NCBI RefSeq assembly: GCF_006345805.1
Contig: NC_042997.1
Span: forward strand, 131,502,001-131,566,000
Length of the DNA stretch: 64,000 nt
DNA from: Octopus sinensis
Taxonomy: Eukaryota
Reading direction: 5' to 3'
Below, piece by piece: positions 1 to 12,376 of this stretch; position 1 is the stretch's first letter, and each line of letters opens with the position of its first letter. Both the position numbers and the translations under genes were made by a program. The notes under the pieces are model-generated. The model made no database searches, was not told the DNA's origin, and saw only the letters and a program-made list of their open reading frames with translations.

Positions 1-343
1 TTAGTTGAGCAAATCGCCCCCAGGACTTATTCTTTGTAAGCCTAGTACTCATTCTATCGGTCTCTTTCACCGAACTGCTAAGTTACAGGGATGTAAACAC
101 ACCAGCATCGGTTGTCAAACGATGTTGGGGGGGGGGGGACAAACATAGACACATAAACATACACACACACACACACATATATATGTATACATATATACGA
201 CAGGTTTCTTTCAGTTTCCGTCTACCAAATCCACTCACAAGGCTTTGGTTGACCCGAGGCTATAGTAGAAGACACTTGCCCGCAGTGGGACAGAACGCGG
301 AACCATATGGTTGGTAACCAAGCTACTTACCACACAGCCACTC

Positions 344-346
<3 letters not shown>
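1..346 (-). mobile_element. SINE family A (tRNA head, CORE-like domain, internal microsatellite), cut by window start
   Basis: Reverse complement of the recurrent head CAGGAGTGGCTGTGTGGTAAGTAGCTTG and body GGATTTGGTAGACGGAAACTGAAAGAA seen in >25 copies in this window. Confidence 0.9.
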
Positions 347-403
<57 letters not shown>

Positions 404-432
404 CAAATGATGATGATGATGATGATATATAT

Positions 433-989
433 GAAGTGATCCCAAGATAAGAAATCCTTGAACTTTAATTCATCCTGTATTTCTATTTATTTTTATTATT
501 TATTAATTATTATTATTCTGATCCCCCTAGACGCCACTCTGTTTACTATTTCAGCCTCGCCTCGTTTTTGCATATTCTGTATAATTCACTAGTTATCGTT
601 ATAGATATTTAAGATCTATTCTCCCTTACAGGGCTGATAGAAATTGGCTGCCGATTCTTCGCGCCCTTCTCTCCCCCTCTTTTTACATTGTCTGTCTGGA
701 CTCCTATGCATACTTAAGCTAGTAACCTGCCTCATTCTTGATTCCGAATTCCTTTTGCCAAGACTGTCCGTAAACGAAGTGATCCCAAGATAAGAAATCC
801 TTGAACTTTAATTCATCCCGTATTTCTATTTATTATTATTATTCTGATCCCCCTAGACGCCACTCTGTTTACTATTTCAGCCTCGCCTCGTTTTTGCATA
901 TTCTGTATAATTCACTAGTTATCGTTATAGATATTTAAGATCTATTCTCCCTTACAGGGCTGATAGAAATTGGCTGCCGATTCTTCGCG
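433..989. repeat. Partial tandem duplication, period ~343 bp (433-663 repeated at 776-989)
   Basis: GAAGTGATCCCAAGATAAG...GCTGCCGATTCTTCGCG occurs twice, differing mainly in the (TAT)n tract. Confidence 0.95.
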
Positions 990-1067
990 GCGCGCCCGCC
1001 CTACCCACCCCCACCACCAATACCGAATATCTCTATTTTGCTCCAACTATACCGGATGTCGTTTCTC

Positions 1068-1543
1068 CCACCACCATTATAGGTGTCTACTCTTTGAACC
1101 CCCTCTTCAATACGCTATTTCACCATGCATTACCCTCTCTCGATATCCTACGTTCTACTTGCCTAGAACCTGTCCTCTGAACCACCCCTCCCACTGGTGC
1201 TCCCCTATATTTCTGCACCCCCCCACCACCATTATAGGTGTCTACTCTTTGAACCCCCCTCTTCAATACGCTATTTCACCATGCATTACCCCTCTCTTGA
1301 TATATCCTACGTTCTACTTGCCTAGAACCTGTCCTCTGAACCACCCCTCCCACTGGTGCTCCCCTATATTTTCTGCACCCCCCCACCACCATTATAGGTG
1401 TCTACTATTTGAAGCCCCCTCTTCAATACGCTATTTCACCATGCATTACCCTCTCCTCGGTATCCTACGTTCTACTTGCCTAGTACCTGTCCTCTGAACC
1501 ATCCCTCCCACTGGTGCTCCCCTATATTTCTGCACCCCCCCCC
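1068..1543. repeat. Tandem array, 3 x ~158 bp, C-rich
   Basis: Units start CCACCACCATTATAGGTGTC at 1068, 1223 and 1383. Confidence 0.95.
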
Positions 1544-1790
1544 ATAAAAAGCACCATCCGAACGTGGCCGATGCCAGACCCCTCTGGCACCTGTGCAGGT
1601 GGCACGTAAAAAACACCCACTACACTCGCGGAGTGGTTGGCGTTAGGAAGGGCATCCAGCTGTAGAAACACTGCCAGACTAGACTGGAGCCTGGGGCAGT
1701 CCCGAGCTCCCCAGACCCCGGTCGAAACCGTCCAACCCGTGCTAGCGCGGAAAACGGACGTTAAATGATGATGATGATGATGATGATGAT
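1544..1790 (+). mobile_element. SINE family D (RTE-like motif, (GAT)n tail), 5' truncated
   Basis: GGTTGGCGTTAGGAAGGGCATCCAGCTGTAGAAA ... GGACGTTAAATGATGATG. Confidence 0.9.
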
Positions 1791-2072
1791 GTAGAGAGAG
1801 AGAGAGAGAAAGCTAATAGTGAGGAATTATTAATCTGGGCAAAATACTTCATAAGCTCTCTGCTGGCATACCAGACTAACAATATTATTTAGATTAGTGA
1901 AGCGCTCCAAGTATTCTGGTAGAAGTGTCCAAGGTTATGCCTCATCACAACTCTATATTGTAAATCTATGGAAGGTCTCCTGACAAACTGGTTTTTACAC
2001 AAAGTGATATAGAAGATAAGGTATGAATAAAGGTCATTACATATTTTTCCTTTATTAGAGCATATCAGTGCA

Positions 2073-2277
2073 ATTTAAGAGTTTTGAATTAATTATTTAA
2101 AGCATCTTACGATCGTTTCACAGAAGTGCTGTCTCTATAATGAAATCCTATATTGATAAGCATTTATAGACAACGCTTCTATAAATGCTTATCAATATAC
2201 AATTTCATTATAGGGACAACTCTTCTGTGAAACGATCGTAAGACGCTTTAAATAATTCATTCAAAACTTTTAAACTG
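2073..2277. mobile_element. ~100-bp-arm fold-back palindrome, probable Penelope-like pLTR remnant
   Basis: Arms pair around loop CAACGCT (2171-2177); right arm has hammerhead 3' half GAAAC-GATC-GTA. Confidence 0.65.
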
Positions 2278-2425
2278 TCAAATACATTATATACTTAAAC
2301 TTATACATATTTATATTTATTTATTTATATATTTTTAATACAACAATTATTTTTCACACGTGTATATCTTTCTGAGGAGTTTTGATATTATTTCCTAATA
2401 TTAATAATAATATATTATTAAAAAA

Positions 2426-2458
<33 letters not shown>

Positions 2459-3289
2459 ATCGCTCGTATTAAATACATAAACACATTAATAGTATTAATA
2501 CTTTGATACATAGAGCACTCAATATAAATTCAGTATATAATATTCTCATTGAATATATTTAACTAAAGGTTTAAGCATATTAGTGCATATATGCACACAC
2601 ATACACACAATCCAATCACACGCATATATACATACATACATAAATACAATGAAGTTCTTTCAGTTTCTAACAACCAAATCTAGTCACAGGGCTTTGGTGC
2701 ATGTGAGTATGAGTACGTATGAAGTAGGCATCAGGATCCATGTATATTTTGCAGCATTGTTATATAATTAGAGAAGAATAAGTACTAGTTAAATTCCTCA
2801 GAACAAATTACCAACTCTTTATAACATTACATTACTGATGAGAATATGATAACTTCAGAGTGGCTTTGCTTTTAGGTTAATAAGATTCCACTTCTCTAAT
2901 TTACAATGCGACATAAAAGATATTTCATGTTCAAAGAGTTTTATTTGAATGATTTCCCACCTCTTCCTTTATTACACTCTTTCTCTTTATAATTTCTTAC
3001 TACCTTTCTTCTCCTTTGGGAGTATCTTCTGAGAGGAAAATTATGCAAGTCCAATTGAAGATTGAGGAAATTAAGTCAGAGATTGATCTATAAGATAAGC
3101 TATACTGCTTTATTGTTAATGAAGTTGTCATTTATTACATGCCAAACTATAGATAATCAGTTAGACCTGGTCTTTGGGATTCATTTAATCATATCTATTA
3201 ATTCCCCTGGTTCCTTCCTTATGCCACAGTTTATATCTTATGAGGAAACAAAGCTGCATATTGACCCATTGCATAAGCTGTGCTGATAT

Positions 3290-3430
3290 ATTCATGATGA
3301 AACTGTGTTATTCATTTATAAGCAAAATTGCATATAATCGCTTAGAATGGGTGAAACAAAGAAAAAGTTGTGAGTCTTCTGTAAGAATATGGTGGAATAT
3401 GATGGAAAGGATTTTATTTCTGCAAGAATA
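3290..3430 (+). pseudogene. Possible very old DDE transposase relic
   Basis: Frameshifted reading HDET...EWV...G.MM..DFI resembles the HDES.F...W...G..MVSDF motif of some IS630/Tc1-related transposases; weak. Confidence 0.25.
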
Positions 3431-3530
3431 TGAAGGCATAAGGAGTGATGTCAAATGTTTGAATCAGCCAACAAACAGATTTATTGGAACAAATTAAGCT
3501 TTATCTATATAAACAGATTATATTTTGGAT

Positions 3531-3764
3531 TAAGGCAGCGAGCTGGCAGAATTGTTAGCACGCCGGGCGAAATGCTTGGTGGTATTTTGTCTGCCGCTAC
3601 GTTCTGAGTTCAAATTCAGCTGAGGTTGACATTGCCTTTCATCCTTTTGGGGTCGATAAATTAAGTACCAGTTATGCACTGGGGTCAATGTAATCGACTT
3701 AATCCCTTTGTCTGTCCATAATTGTCCCCTCTATGTTTTTCCCCTTGAGGACAATAAAGAAATA
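3531..3764 (+). mobile_element. SINE family B (GCCTTTCATCC..GGGGTCGAT..AAGTACCAG, Meta-like central domain)
   Basis: Full head to tail; 16-bp TSD AGAT(T/C)ATATTTTGGAT at 3515-3530 and 3765-3780. Confidence 0.92.
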
Positions 3765-4085
3765 AGATCATATTTTGGATAAATTGCTATGAGAAAAATG
3801 TACAGCATTTCTGGCCATAGCTTTTGTTAGAGAAAAGGATTTATTGCTTGAAATGTTAAAGTTTTCCTATTCCTCGCAACAAACCAATTTATTTCACCTT
3901 TGAACTTCCTAATTTGCTGATACAGATTGTCAGTAATTTCCTTGTATACTACCATTATTGAGGAATAATGCTTTATGTGTACATAGGATGTATTACCTTG
4001 GTGATTCTGTGCCTTTCTAAGCTATATCCACTGAAGGAGTTGAAATTTGCACTGCAAATTAACGAAACCCATCAATTTTTTTCCA

Positions 4086-4345
4086 GTGGAACATGTAGCT
4101 TAGTGGTTAGGGTGTTAAACTCATGATCATAAGGTTGTGGTTTCGATTCCTAGACCGGGCGATGCGTTGTGTTCTTGAGCAAAACACTTCATTTCACATT
4201 GCTCCAGTCCACTCAGCTGGCAAAAATGAGTAATCCTGCGACGGACCGGTGTCCCGTCGGGGGGGGGGGGGTTTCTAAGCCACTGAAACCAGGAAACCAA
4301 CCCTTATGAGCCTGGCATGGCTTGAGAAGGAACATTACTATTATT
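4086..4345 (+). mobile_element. SINE family C (tRNA head, CORE-like domain)
   Basis: A-box TAGCTTAGTGG, B-box GGTTTCGATTCC, TTGTGTTCTTGAGCAAAACACTT; flanking ATCAATTTTTT.CC repeat. Confidence 0.85.
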
Positions 4346-4585
4346 ATCAATTTTTTCCTGGTTCTGCTACATATATTAGCTAGTTAGTTGTTCTATTTCT
4401 GTGGTATCTCTTTGTGGCTAGGTGGACTTAACCATTTGATAATTCCTTTAATCACATACACAATATAGCACTAGTAGCTAGATATGGCTGTCCCAAACCC
4501 TATAGACTCAAACATCAGAATTTTGATTTCCATTGGAATTGGGATCTATGTATTGACTTACTATCTTGATTTTCTTACTCTGAGC

Positions 4586-4860
4586 TATTGGTTCTCAACT
4601 GGGTCCATATGATCCTTGAGGAATCCATTTGACCCTTTGTGGTCCATATAAAATTTTTTGTTAAAATTTATGAGCAGTAAGTCGCTTGTATTTCTACAAT
4701 GCACTAAATGTTTTAACAATTTTTAATACATTTCCTGATAATATTCAATAATAAAAATATTATAGACTTTTTTAAAATCGAATGGCTGTGAGGACTCACC
4801 AGAGTAAAATAAGAATCAAAAGGGTCCCATAGATAAAAAAGTGGTTGAGAATAACCACTC
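4586..4860. mobile_element. Decayed hAT-type MITE (partial second copy ~18595-18720)
   Basis: Ends TGGTTCTCAAC ... GTTGAGA(ATA)ACCACT; 18595-18720 is the reverse complement of its left part. Confidence 0.6.
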
Positions 4861-5159
4861 TAAGCCATAAAAACATCAAAAAGACCTCCATATTCATCAC
4901 TGTACCTGTCCTCTTGTTTCCAGGACATGACCCCAGAATCTTTGAGTTACAATGATAATAGGTATAGACATGGATGTGGCTGTGTAGTGATGAAGTTTGC
5001 TTCCACCCACGACAGTTTCAAGTTTAGTTATAAGGCACCTTGGGCCAATGTTTTCTGCTATAGCCCTGGGTTGACCAAAGCCACATAAATGGTTTTGGCT
5101 GATAGAAGCTGAAAGAATCCTGTTTTACATACATACTTATTATGTAAGTACATGAGTGT

Positions 5160-5466
5160 ATTTTTTTGTTTGTTCCTTCTCAAGCCATGCCTGGCTCATA
5201 AGGGCCGGTTTTCCGGTTTCCTTGGCGTATAGGTTCCCCACCTAGACGGGACTCCAGTCTGTCGAAAGTGAGCTGCAAGATGCAGGAGGAGAGAGTGAGA
5301 GAAAGTTGTGGTGAAAGAGTCAGAGAAGTTCGCCATTACCTTCTGCCAGAGCCGCATGGAGCTTAGGTGTTTTGCTCATAAACACATATTGCCCGGTCTG
5401 AGATTTGAACCCACGATCCCTCGACCACGAGTTCACTGCTCTAACCACTAGGCCATGTGCCTCCAC
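5160..5466 (-). mobile_element. SINE family C nested in an older family A copy (~4965-5665)
   Basis: 14-bp TSD AAGTACATGAGTGT at 5146-5159 and 5467-5480. Confidence 0.9.
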
Positions 5467-5742
5467 AAGTACATGAGTGTGTTTGTCTGTTTCCTTGTCT
5501 TGACATTGCATGATAGTGAACAAGCATCACTGCCATAGATGTGGTGCCCTTCATTTCCAGTAATCCATGGAAACATGTCTGGCTAGGAGGGAATATTACT
5601 ACTTGGTGACAAGAAGGAAGAAAGTCTGCCCCATGCAAATATGGAAATGCAGATGTTAAAACGGTGTTGTTACTACTGTTAATTTGTCAGGTGATTTGAT
5701 AGTAAAATAGAAAGGGTTTGATAAAGCAATAGATAACTTAAA

Positions 5743-6144
5743 AAAAGGTGGCAAGCTGGCAGAAACATTAGTATGCAGTATTTCGTCTGCCACTACAGTC
5801 TGAGTTCAAATTCCGCCGAGGTCGACTTTGCCTTTCATCCTTTTGGGGTCGATTAAATAAGTACCAGTTACGCACTGGAGTCAATATAATTGACTCAATC
5901 CATTTGTCTGTCCTTGTTTGTCCTCTCTGTGTTTAGCCACTTGTGGGTAGTAAAGAAACAGGTATTTCGTCTGCCATTATATTCTGAGTTCAAACTCCGC
6001 CGAGGTTGACTTTGCCTTTCATCTTTTTGGGGTCAATTAAATAAGTACCAGTTATGCACTGGGGTCGATGTAATCAACTTAATCAGTTTGTCTGTCCTCG
6101 TTTGTCCCTTCTATGTTTAGCCCTCTGTGGGTAATAAAGAGATA
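5743..6144 (+). mobile_element. SINE family B, dimeric form
   Basis: Body duplicated in tandem; 15-bp TSD AATAGATAACTTAAA. Confidence 0.92.
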
Positions 6145-6834
6145 AATAGATAACTTAAAGAAATATTAAATAAGTAAACTGGCTCTGTAGAAAGTCTGGG
6201 AAATAGAAAGAACAACATGAGGTCCATGAACAAAGAATGGGTGCTTTTTTGTGCATGTGCAGAAACCACTTAAGTCTATGTGTAAAGTTAATGAGCCAAG
6301 TGGATGCATGACATGGCATCTCATTTTAGAGTCATACATTTCATGTCCTTTACTAGATACTTTATAGAGAAGTAGTATGTATTGCTATGATGGAACAATT
6401 CCAATGGGTCTTATAAGTGCTTCAGTCACTTGAAATTTAAAGTGACAAGAAAAATTTTAATTACCAACAGTTAAATGCCACCCTTGTCTTAAATAATCCC
6501 AACAGTTGTTACAACTAATATGGACCAGCCCAGTCCAGTCCAGCTAAATAACAGAGCTGCATTGCATTATTGTTGAACACACCCACACGACAGCTCCGGT
6601 ATTGTTATCATTGAGTAGTTTAGTGGTACAGCTATACTATTTCTGGCAATAATTCCATCAGTCCTTCTCAAGACTGTCATTCCATGAAATATTTTCCCTG
6701 CTCAAATTTCTCTTTGTTACCATATATTGAACTTTTAGTTGTTTAAGCGGAATGTCATCATCAGTCTCCCCAGTCTGAGATAACCTATATTTGGCATGGA
6801 TACTCAGCAGCTGTTCCTGGGATGCAGTTGCCCC

Positions 6835-6900
6835 CAGAAGTCTGGTGTAGCATGGTAAATTCCATTGTCTCGACCACGGTCGAACAATGATGATGATGAT
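6835..6900 (+). mobile_element. RTE LINE extreme 3' fragment
   Basis: GTAAATTCCATTGTCTCGACCACGG + (GAT)n matches the 3' end of the RTE copy at 31811-32174. Confidence 0.8.
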
Positions 6901-7189
6901 GCCCTCAGATACATTGATACCAGATTCAGGGATAAAAGGGTGCTAAATTTTTTCTGGCCTGTTAAAGTTGGAATACTGTGTTTTTGACCCTAGGCATTGA
7001 GAAATCTTTGATATGATCCTTTGGACTCTCCATCTCTTTCTTTGACTAATTCATAAAACAAATAAAAAAAATTAATCCTTAATATTATAGATCTTTCTTC
7101 CTTTCATGCCCACAGAATATGAATTGTCCAAAAGAGGAATAAATGTTTACTATGAAGACAAGGAAAAGTTTAATGCTTTGAGCAGTGTG

Positions 7190-7699
7190 TGTGACTCCCT
7201 TCAGTCATGAATGACCATGGGGTTGCACCTAGAAAGTTACCCTCTGAGGCACAAGTCTGGGTAAGGTTGTTTATGGAAGACCAGTAGTTGCCTACACATA
7301 CCAACCTCCCCTCTCCACACCACCAATGTTATCCAAGAGAAAGGCAAAGGTCAATATAGCTTGGCACTAGTGACAGCACAGCTCGTTTATTAACGTGCAA
7401 GTGGCCGAGCACTCCACAGACACATATACCCTTAATATAGTTCTCGAGGAGATTCAGCGTGACAGTGTGTGACAAGGCTGGCCCTTTGAAATACAGGTAC
7501 AACAGAAACAGGAAGAAACATTGAGAGAAAGTTGTGGTTAAAGAGTACAGCAGGGTACACCACTACCCCCTGCCAGAGCCTCATGGAACTTTAGGTGTTT
7601 TCACTCAATAAACACTCACAATGCCCAGTCTGGAAATCGAAACTGCGATCCTACAACTGTGAGTCCGCTGTCCTAACCACTAGGCCATTGTGCCTCTAC
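7190..7699 (-). mobile_element. Two adjacent family C SINE pieces
   Basis: 7190-7388 matches the tail of the 13829-14163 copy; 7390-7699 ends in the reverse-complement tRNA head CCTAACCACTAGGCCATTGTGCCTC. Confidence 0.8.
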
Positions 7700-7974
7700 A
7701 ATGGGCAGTACTGAATAGTTAAGCCTTCCACATTTTTCTGCTCTTGAACTGACCCAACAAAAGAGCAGTAGCACCAGCAACTCTTCTACTGCCCAACCAT
7801 GACCACCACCACCATCACTGCTGCCATCTACTGCCTGCTATCTGGTAACTTCGATATACTTTATTCTAAAAGCAACTCTCCAAAAAAGACCTACTGATGC
7901 ATTGCTACAAGTAGGTTCCACTTCTGAGTCATAGTTTCAGATATTATTTATTATAATAATTCTAAACTATCGGT

Positions 7975-8092
7975 ATTGGCGATGGTACTGATAGTAATAG
8001 TAGTACTACTAATAGTAGTAGTGGTTGTAGTACTAATAATGTTAGTGGTCATAGTAGTAGTAGTAGCCATAGCAGTAGTAGCAGTACTATTG
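7975..8092. repeat. Degenerate (AGT)n trinucleotide tract
   Basis: GATAGTAATAGTAGTACTACTAATAGTAGTAGTGG... Confidence 0.8.
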
Positions 8093-8736
8093 ATTTTCTC
8101 CTCTCGGCATTTTGACAATGAATGGAAGGCTATGATCACTTCTAACACAATGGAATTGGTATTCTAGCTTCTAATGTTTGTTATGATCATTATTGATTTG
8201 TATGTCAGATCTCCATCTATCTTGCTATTTAGTTATATATTTATTAGTTTGTTTGTTTGTTTGTTTATTCACCAGTAGTTGCTTGGGTAACGGCGAAACT
8301 TAATCATCTTGCTTCCAAAGAGGAGAAAAAAAAAGTCTTACTTTCTTTAGAGTCACTTTACATACATAACGATATTGTTTCTTTTTATAAGTTATTAGTT
8401 ATTCTGTTTTAGCATTTAGTAATTCTTTCAAAGGTCCGACAAGCTTTTTGTTAAGTGCATAATAGTATTTAGTTATTTCTAAGATCAAACCCCCACCAGA
8501 ACCAGCTTTGTGATTTGCCCTCCAGGGTTAGAAGAAGTTCTAGTAATGTACTGGAGTTAATTCATTCGCTTATATTACTCTTTTATCAAAATTGTCATTG
8601 TAATTCCATGTGTATACATATACATACATTCAAAATATACATACACACACACATAAATATATTTACTGATGAAATGAAATAGGTAACCATGGAATGAAGC
8701 CATGACTTTGAATAAATATATATATATGTGTGTGTG

Positions 8737-8768
<32 letters not shown>

Positions 8769-9259
8769 CATACACACACACACTAAAGTTATGCGTTAAT
8801 ACTTAAGATTTTAACTACAAGTTATGTAAGACATTTATAAGCACTTATCTAGAGGGCGATGCTGGGGTTAATCATCATTTTACATCTGTTTTTCCATGCT
8901 TGGGTGGATTAAATTTGTCTTCTCCAAGTAACTATGAAATTATGTGTAATCCTTATGTTATAAGGACTTGTACTGCCAACTTCAAGCATTAACATTTTTA
9001 TATAACCCTAATTTGGCAGCATAGATGGCAGGGTCTTTTTGGTGTAATTGGTAAGGAGGTCATCATAAGCAGGCACATGTCTGATTTGCCTTTGTTGGTG
9101 CTGGCTTTTCTGATGACCATTGGGGTTACATTTGGTCTAGCCTGCAGTCTCCTGAGGCATTACCTAAGAAGTGTTTTTGTTTTTTACTTACTTGGGACAG
9201 GATAATGTGGGACGGCATTCTTCTCTGGAAAGATTTGTTTTATTTACATTGAATGTAAT

Positions 9260-9668
9260 GTGGTTAACATTAGGAAGGGCATCCAATGTAGAAACCATGC
9301 CAAAGAAGGCATTGGTACATGATGCACTTCTCCCACTCATTAGAACTTATCAAACAGTCCAATCCATGCCAGCATGGAAGCTGGACATTAAATGATAATG
9401 GACTGACTCCTGTGCAGGTGGCATGTAAAAAAACACCATTTTCAAGCGTAGCCGTTGCCAGTACCACCAGACTGGCCCTCGTGCCGGTAGCACATAAAAG
9501 CACCCACTACACTCTCAGAGTGGTTGGCATCAGGAAGGGTATCCAGCTGTAGAAACTCTGCCAGATCAGATTGGAGCCTGGCGCAGCCATCTGGTTCACC
9601 AGTCCTCAGTCGAATCATCCAACCCATGCCAGCATGGAAAGCAGACGTTAAACGATGATGATGATGAT
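9260..9668 (+). mobile_element. Two tandem family D SINE copies (old 9260-9400, younger 9410-9668)
   Basis: AGGAAGGG(C/T)ATCCA motif and (GAT)n tail twice. Confidence 0.85.
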
Positions 9669-9989
9669 AACATGTTGAAGGTAGTTGTCACACTGGATTA
9701 TATTATCAAGAAGCTGGGGAAATTACTTAGCTGCTTTGGTGTTTGTATTTGCAACTTCATCGCCAATTATGCAGATGTCTCCATCACTTGTTCTTCTCAG
9801 TCTGTAAAGAAGCTGGTAAGTGAATGAAAATATATGGTTGCGAGGTCTCTTTAGCTGTATTCAGGAGATGAGGTGCCCCGACCTATCTAGGTGAGCAGTA
9901 ACCCTGAATACATTCTGACTCTGTTTTACATCTGCTTTCAATGTTGACATGGATTGGATGAGTCATCACAACAGATCATTTTATATGTT

Positions 9990-10748
9990 CTGCTGTGTGG
10001 CACCTTGGCCAAGTGTCTTCTACTATAGCCTCGGGCTGACCAAAGCCTTGTGAGTGGATTTGGTAGACGGAAACTGAAGGAAGCCCATTATATATATACA
10101 TATATGTGTGTGTGTTTGTGTGTCTGTTTTTGTACCCCCACTATCGTTTGAAAACCAATGTTGATGTATTTATGTCCCTGTAACTTAGCAGTTTAGCAAA
10201 AAAGACTGATAGAATAAGTACTAGGCTTACAAAGAATAAGCCTTGGGATTGATTTGTTTGACTAAAGGCGTTGCTCCAGCATGGCCACAGTCAAATGACT
10301 GAAACAAATAAAAGAATATATATATAGGAGTGCAGGCATGGCTGTGTGGTCAAGAAGTGTGCTTCCAGCACTGTGGTTATGGATCCAGTCCACTGTGTGG
10401 CACCTTGGGCAAGTACCTTCTGCTATAGTTCTGACCAGCTAAAGCCTTGTGAGCAGATGTGATAGACAAAAGGCTAAAAGATGCCCATGGTATATATATA
10501 CATATGTGTGTCTTCTTGACTTCACAGCATGTAACAGATGTAAACAAGTATCGCCATCATTCAAGTGATGTCCCTTGTTTCCAGTCTTCTGTGAAAACAT
10601 GTCCTGCCACAGGAAGTTGTTACCCCAACTGGAAACTGATGAGGGTTGGAAACCTCAAATCTTATCTTACCTATGCAAGTATGGAAGAGTATACTTTAAA
10701 ATGATGATGATGGCCTTGGTAGAGTGAAACTGAAAGAAGCACATCTTC

Positions 10749-10780
<32 letters not shown>

Positions 10781-10970
10781 ATGTGTGTGTATTTTTTTAG
10801 TTCCCCACCCCCACTTGATAACTGGTGTTGGTGTGTTTATGTCCTTACAACTTAGCAGTTTGACAAAAGAAACTGATAGAATAAGTACTGGGGTCGATTT
10901 GTTTGACTAAAATTCTTCAAGGTGGTGCCCCAGCTTGGCTGCAGTCTGATAACTGAAACAAGTAAAAGAT
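9990..10970 (+). mobile_element. Cluster of three family A SINE copies (9990-10316, 10329-10710, 10724-10970)
   Basis: Family A motifs GGCACCTTGG.CAAGT, AACTGAAAGAAGC, GACTGAAACAA; the middle copy has the alternative RTE-like tail. Confidence 0.85.
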
Positions 10971-11639
10971 TACAAACACACACACACACACACACACATG
11001 CGTGCAGGCACACACACATTCAATATTATTGGTCTATTACATTCTTTTTTAAGTGTTGAGAGTCTAGTTCTTCATTTCTATATTGACTCTTTAACAAGTA
11101 ACCTTCCCACCCTACCCAACATCTTCATCATCATCATTATCTTCATCTTGACCCTGGCACTACAAGTCTTTATTGGTCTGTGGCAATATTCCAGAAATAT
11201 TTGCCATGTGAAAAGCATATTCTTATCAATTCAAAGTTTTCTCTTTGCTTTCTATTTTTGGTCCCTCCAATACTACATTATTAATGCTTTGTTGCTCTTT
11301 TCACCCTGCATTCTTTAACAATGCCCTGACTATGGCTATCTGAAGACTATAACAGAAACCAAATGCCAGCTTGACAACTTCTGCTTTAACACGTTAACTG
11401 CTAGCCTTTTGCTCTGCATGGATCTTTGCCACGTAATGTTCCATCAGTAGAATGTGTTGGTCGAATGACTTCCAAAATCTCTTTATAACTTTACAGTCAG
11501 TCAATGTTGGCACCATTACAATGATTTTAGAAGTAGAGAAAGTGTCCACCTCTACTCTCCATTCATACAGAGAAATTCTATATTTCTATCAACTGAAAGA
11601 CTTTTAAATTTATAAAAGTAAAAAAAAAATAAAATAAAT

Positions 11640-12035
11640 AGGTGCAGGAGTGGCTGTGTGGTAAGTAGCTTGTTTACCAACCACATAGTTCCGGGTTCAG
11701 TCCCATTGCATGGCACCTTGGGCAAGTGTCTTCTTCTATAGCCTTGGGCTGACCAAAGCCTTGTGAGTGGATTTGGTAGACGGAAACTGAAAGAAGCCCG
11801 TCTTATATATGTATATATATATGTATGCGTATGTATGTCTGTGTTTGTCCCCCTAACATTGCTTGACAACCAATGCTGGTGTGTTTTTGTCCCTGTCACT
11901 TAGTGGTTTGGCAAAAGAGGACCGATAGAATAAGTACTAGGCTTACAAAGAATAAGTCCCAGGGCCGATTTGCTCGACTAAAGGCGGTGCTCCAGCATGG
12001 CCACAGTCAAATGACTGAAACGAGTAAAAGAGTAT
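11640..12035 (+). mobile_element. SINE family A, full length
   Basis: GGTGCAGGAGTGGCTGTGTGG ... GACTGAAACGAGTAAAAGAG. Confidence 0.93.
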
Positions 12036-12376
12036 GAGTAAAATTTTAGAAAAAATTAACAAATAATAAACTGTAGAAACTGGTTTCTTTGAAATTTGGT
12101 TCATAGCTCCAATTTCATGCTCTGAGCGAATGAAGAATGTTTCTCCCTGGATAGAACACCAGTCTATTACATGTAGCATTTCCATGTGATCGAGTATTCT
12201 ATACCTGACAGCAGCTTAAATGAAGTATTATAGAATATTTCACTTTTGTTTCCAGAAAGAAACAACAAAGCACATGATAGATTTGAACTTTTGATCAGTG
12301 AGTTAGTAATCCAACACCATACCCGCTCAGCCATTTTACTTCTCATTTATGTACTGTAACTGATTTTATCTTTAGA

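Noticed and set aside
970-1497. 175-aa ORF, among the longest in the track
   Set aside because: Reads through the 158-bp tandem array with frame changes between units; TTG start; no domain
7091-7190. Possible exon IFLPFMPTEYELSKRGINVYYEDKEKFNALS after an AG
   Set aside because: Weak acceptor, no good donor, runs into a SINE, no recognisable homology
7976-8167. Val/Ile-rich ORF resembling a transmembrane peptide
   Set aside because: Translation of a degenerate (AGT)n tract
10637-10658. CTGATGA...GAAA hammerhead-like string
   Set aside because: Mutated SINE tail (consensus GAAACAGGTGAGGGTTGG); no stems I or II
11640-11715. tRNA genes at SINE heads
   Set aside because: A/B boxes present but no intact cloverleaf, and each continues into a SINE body
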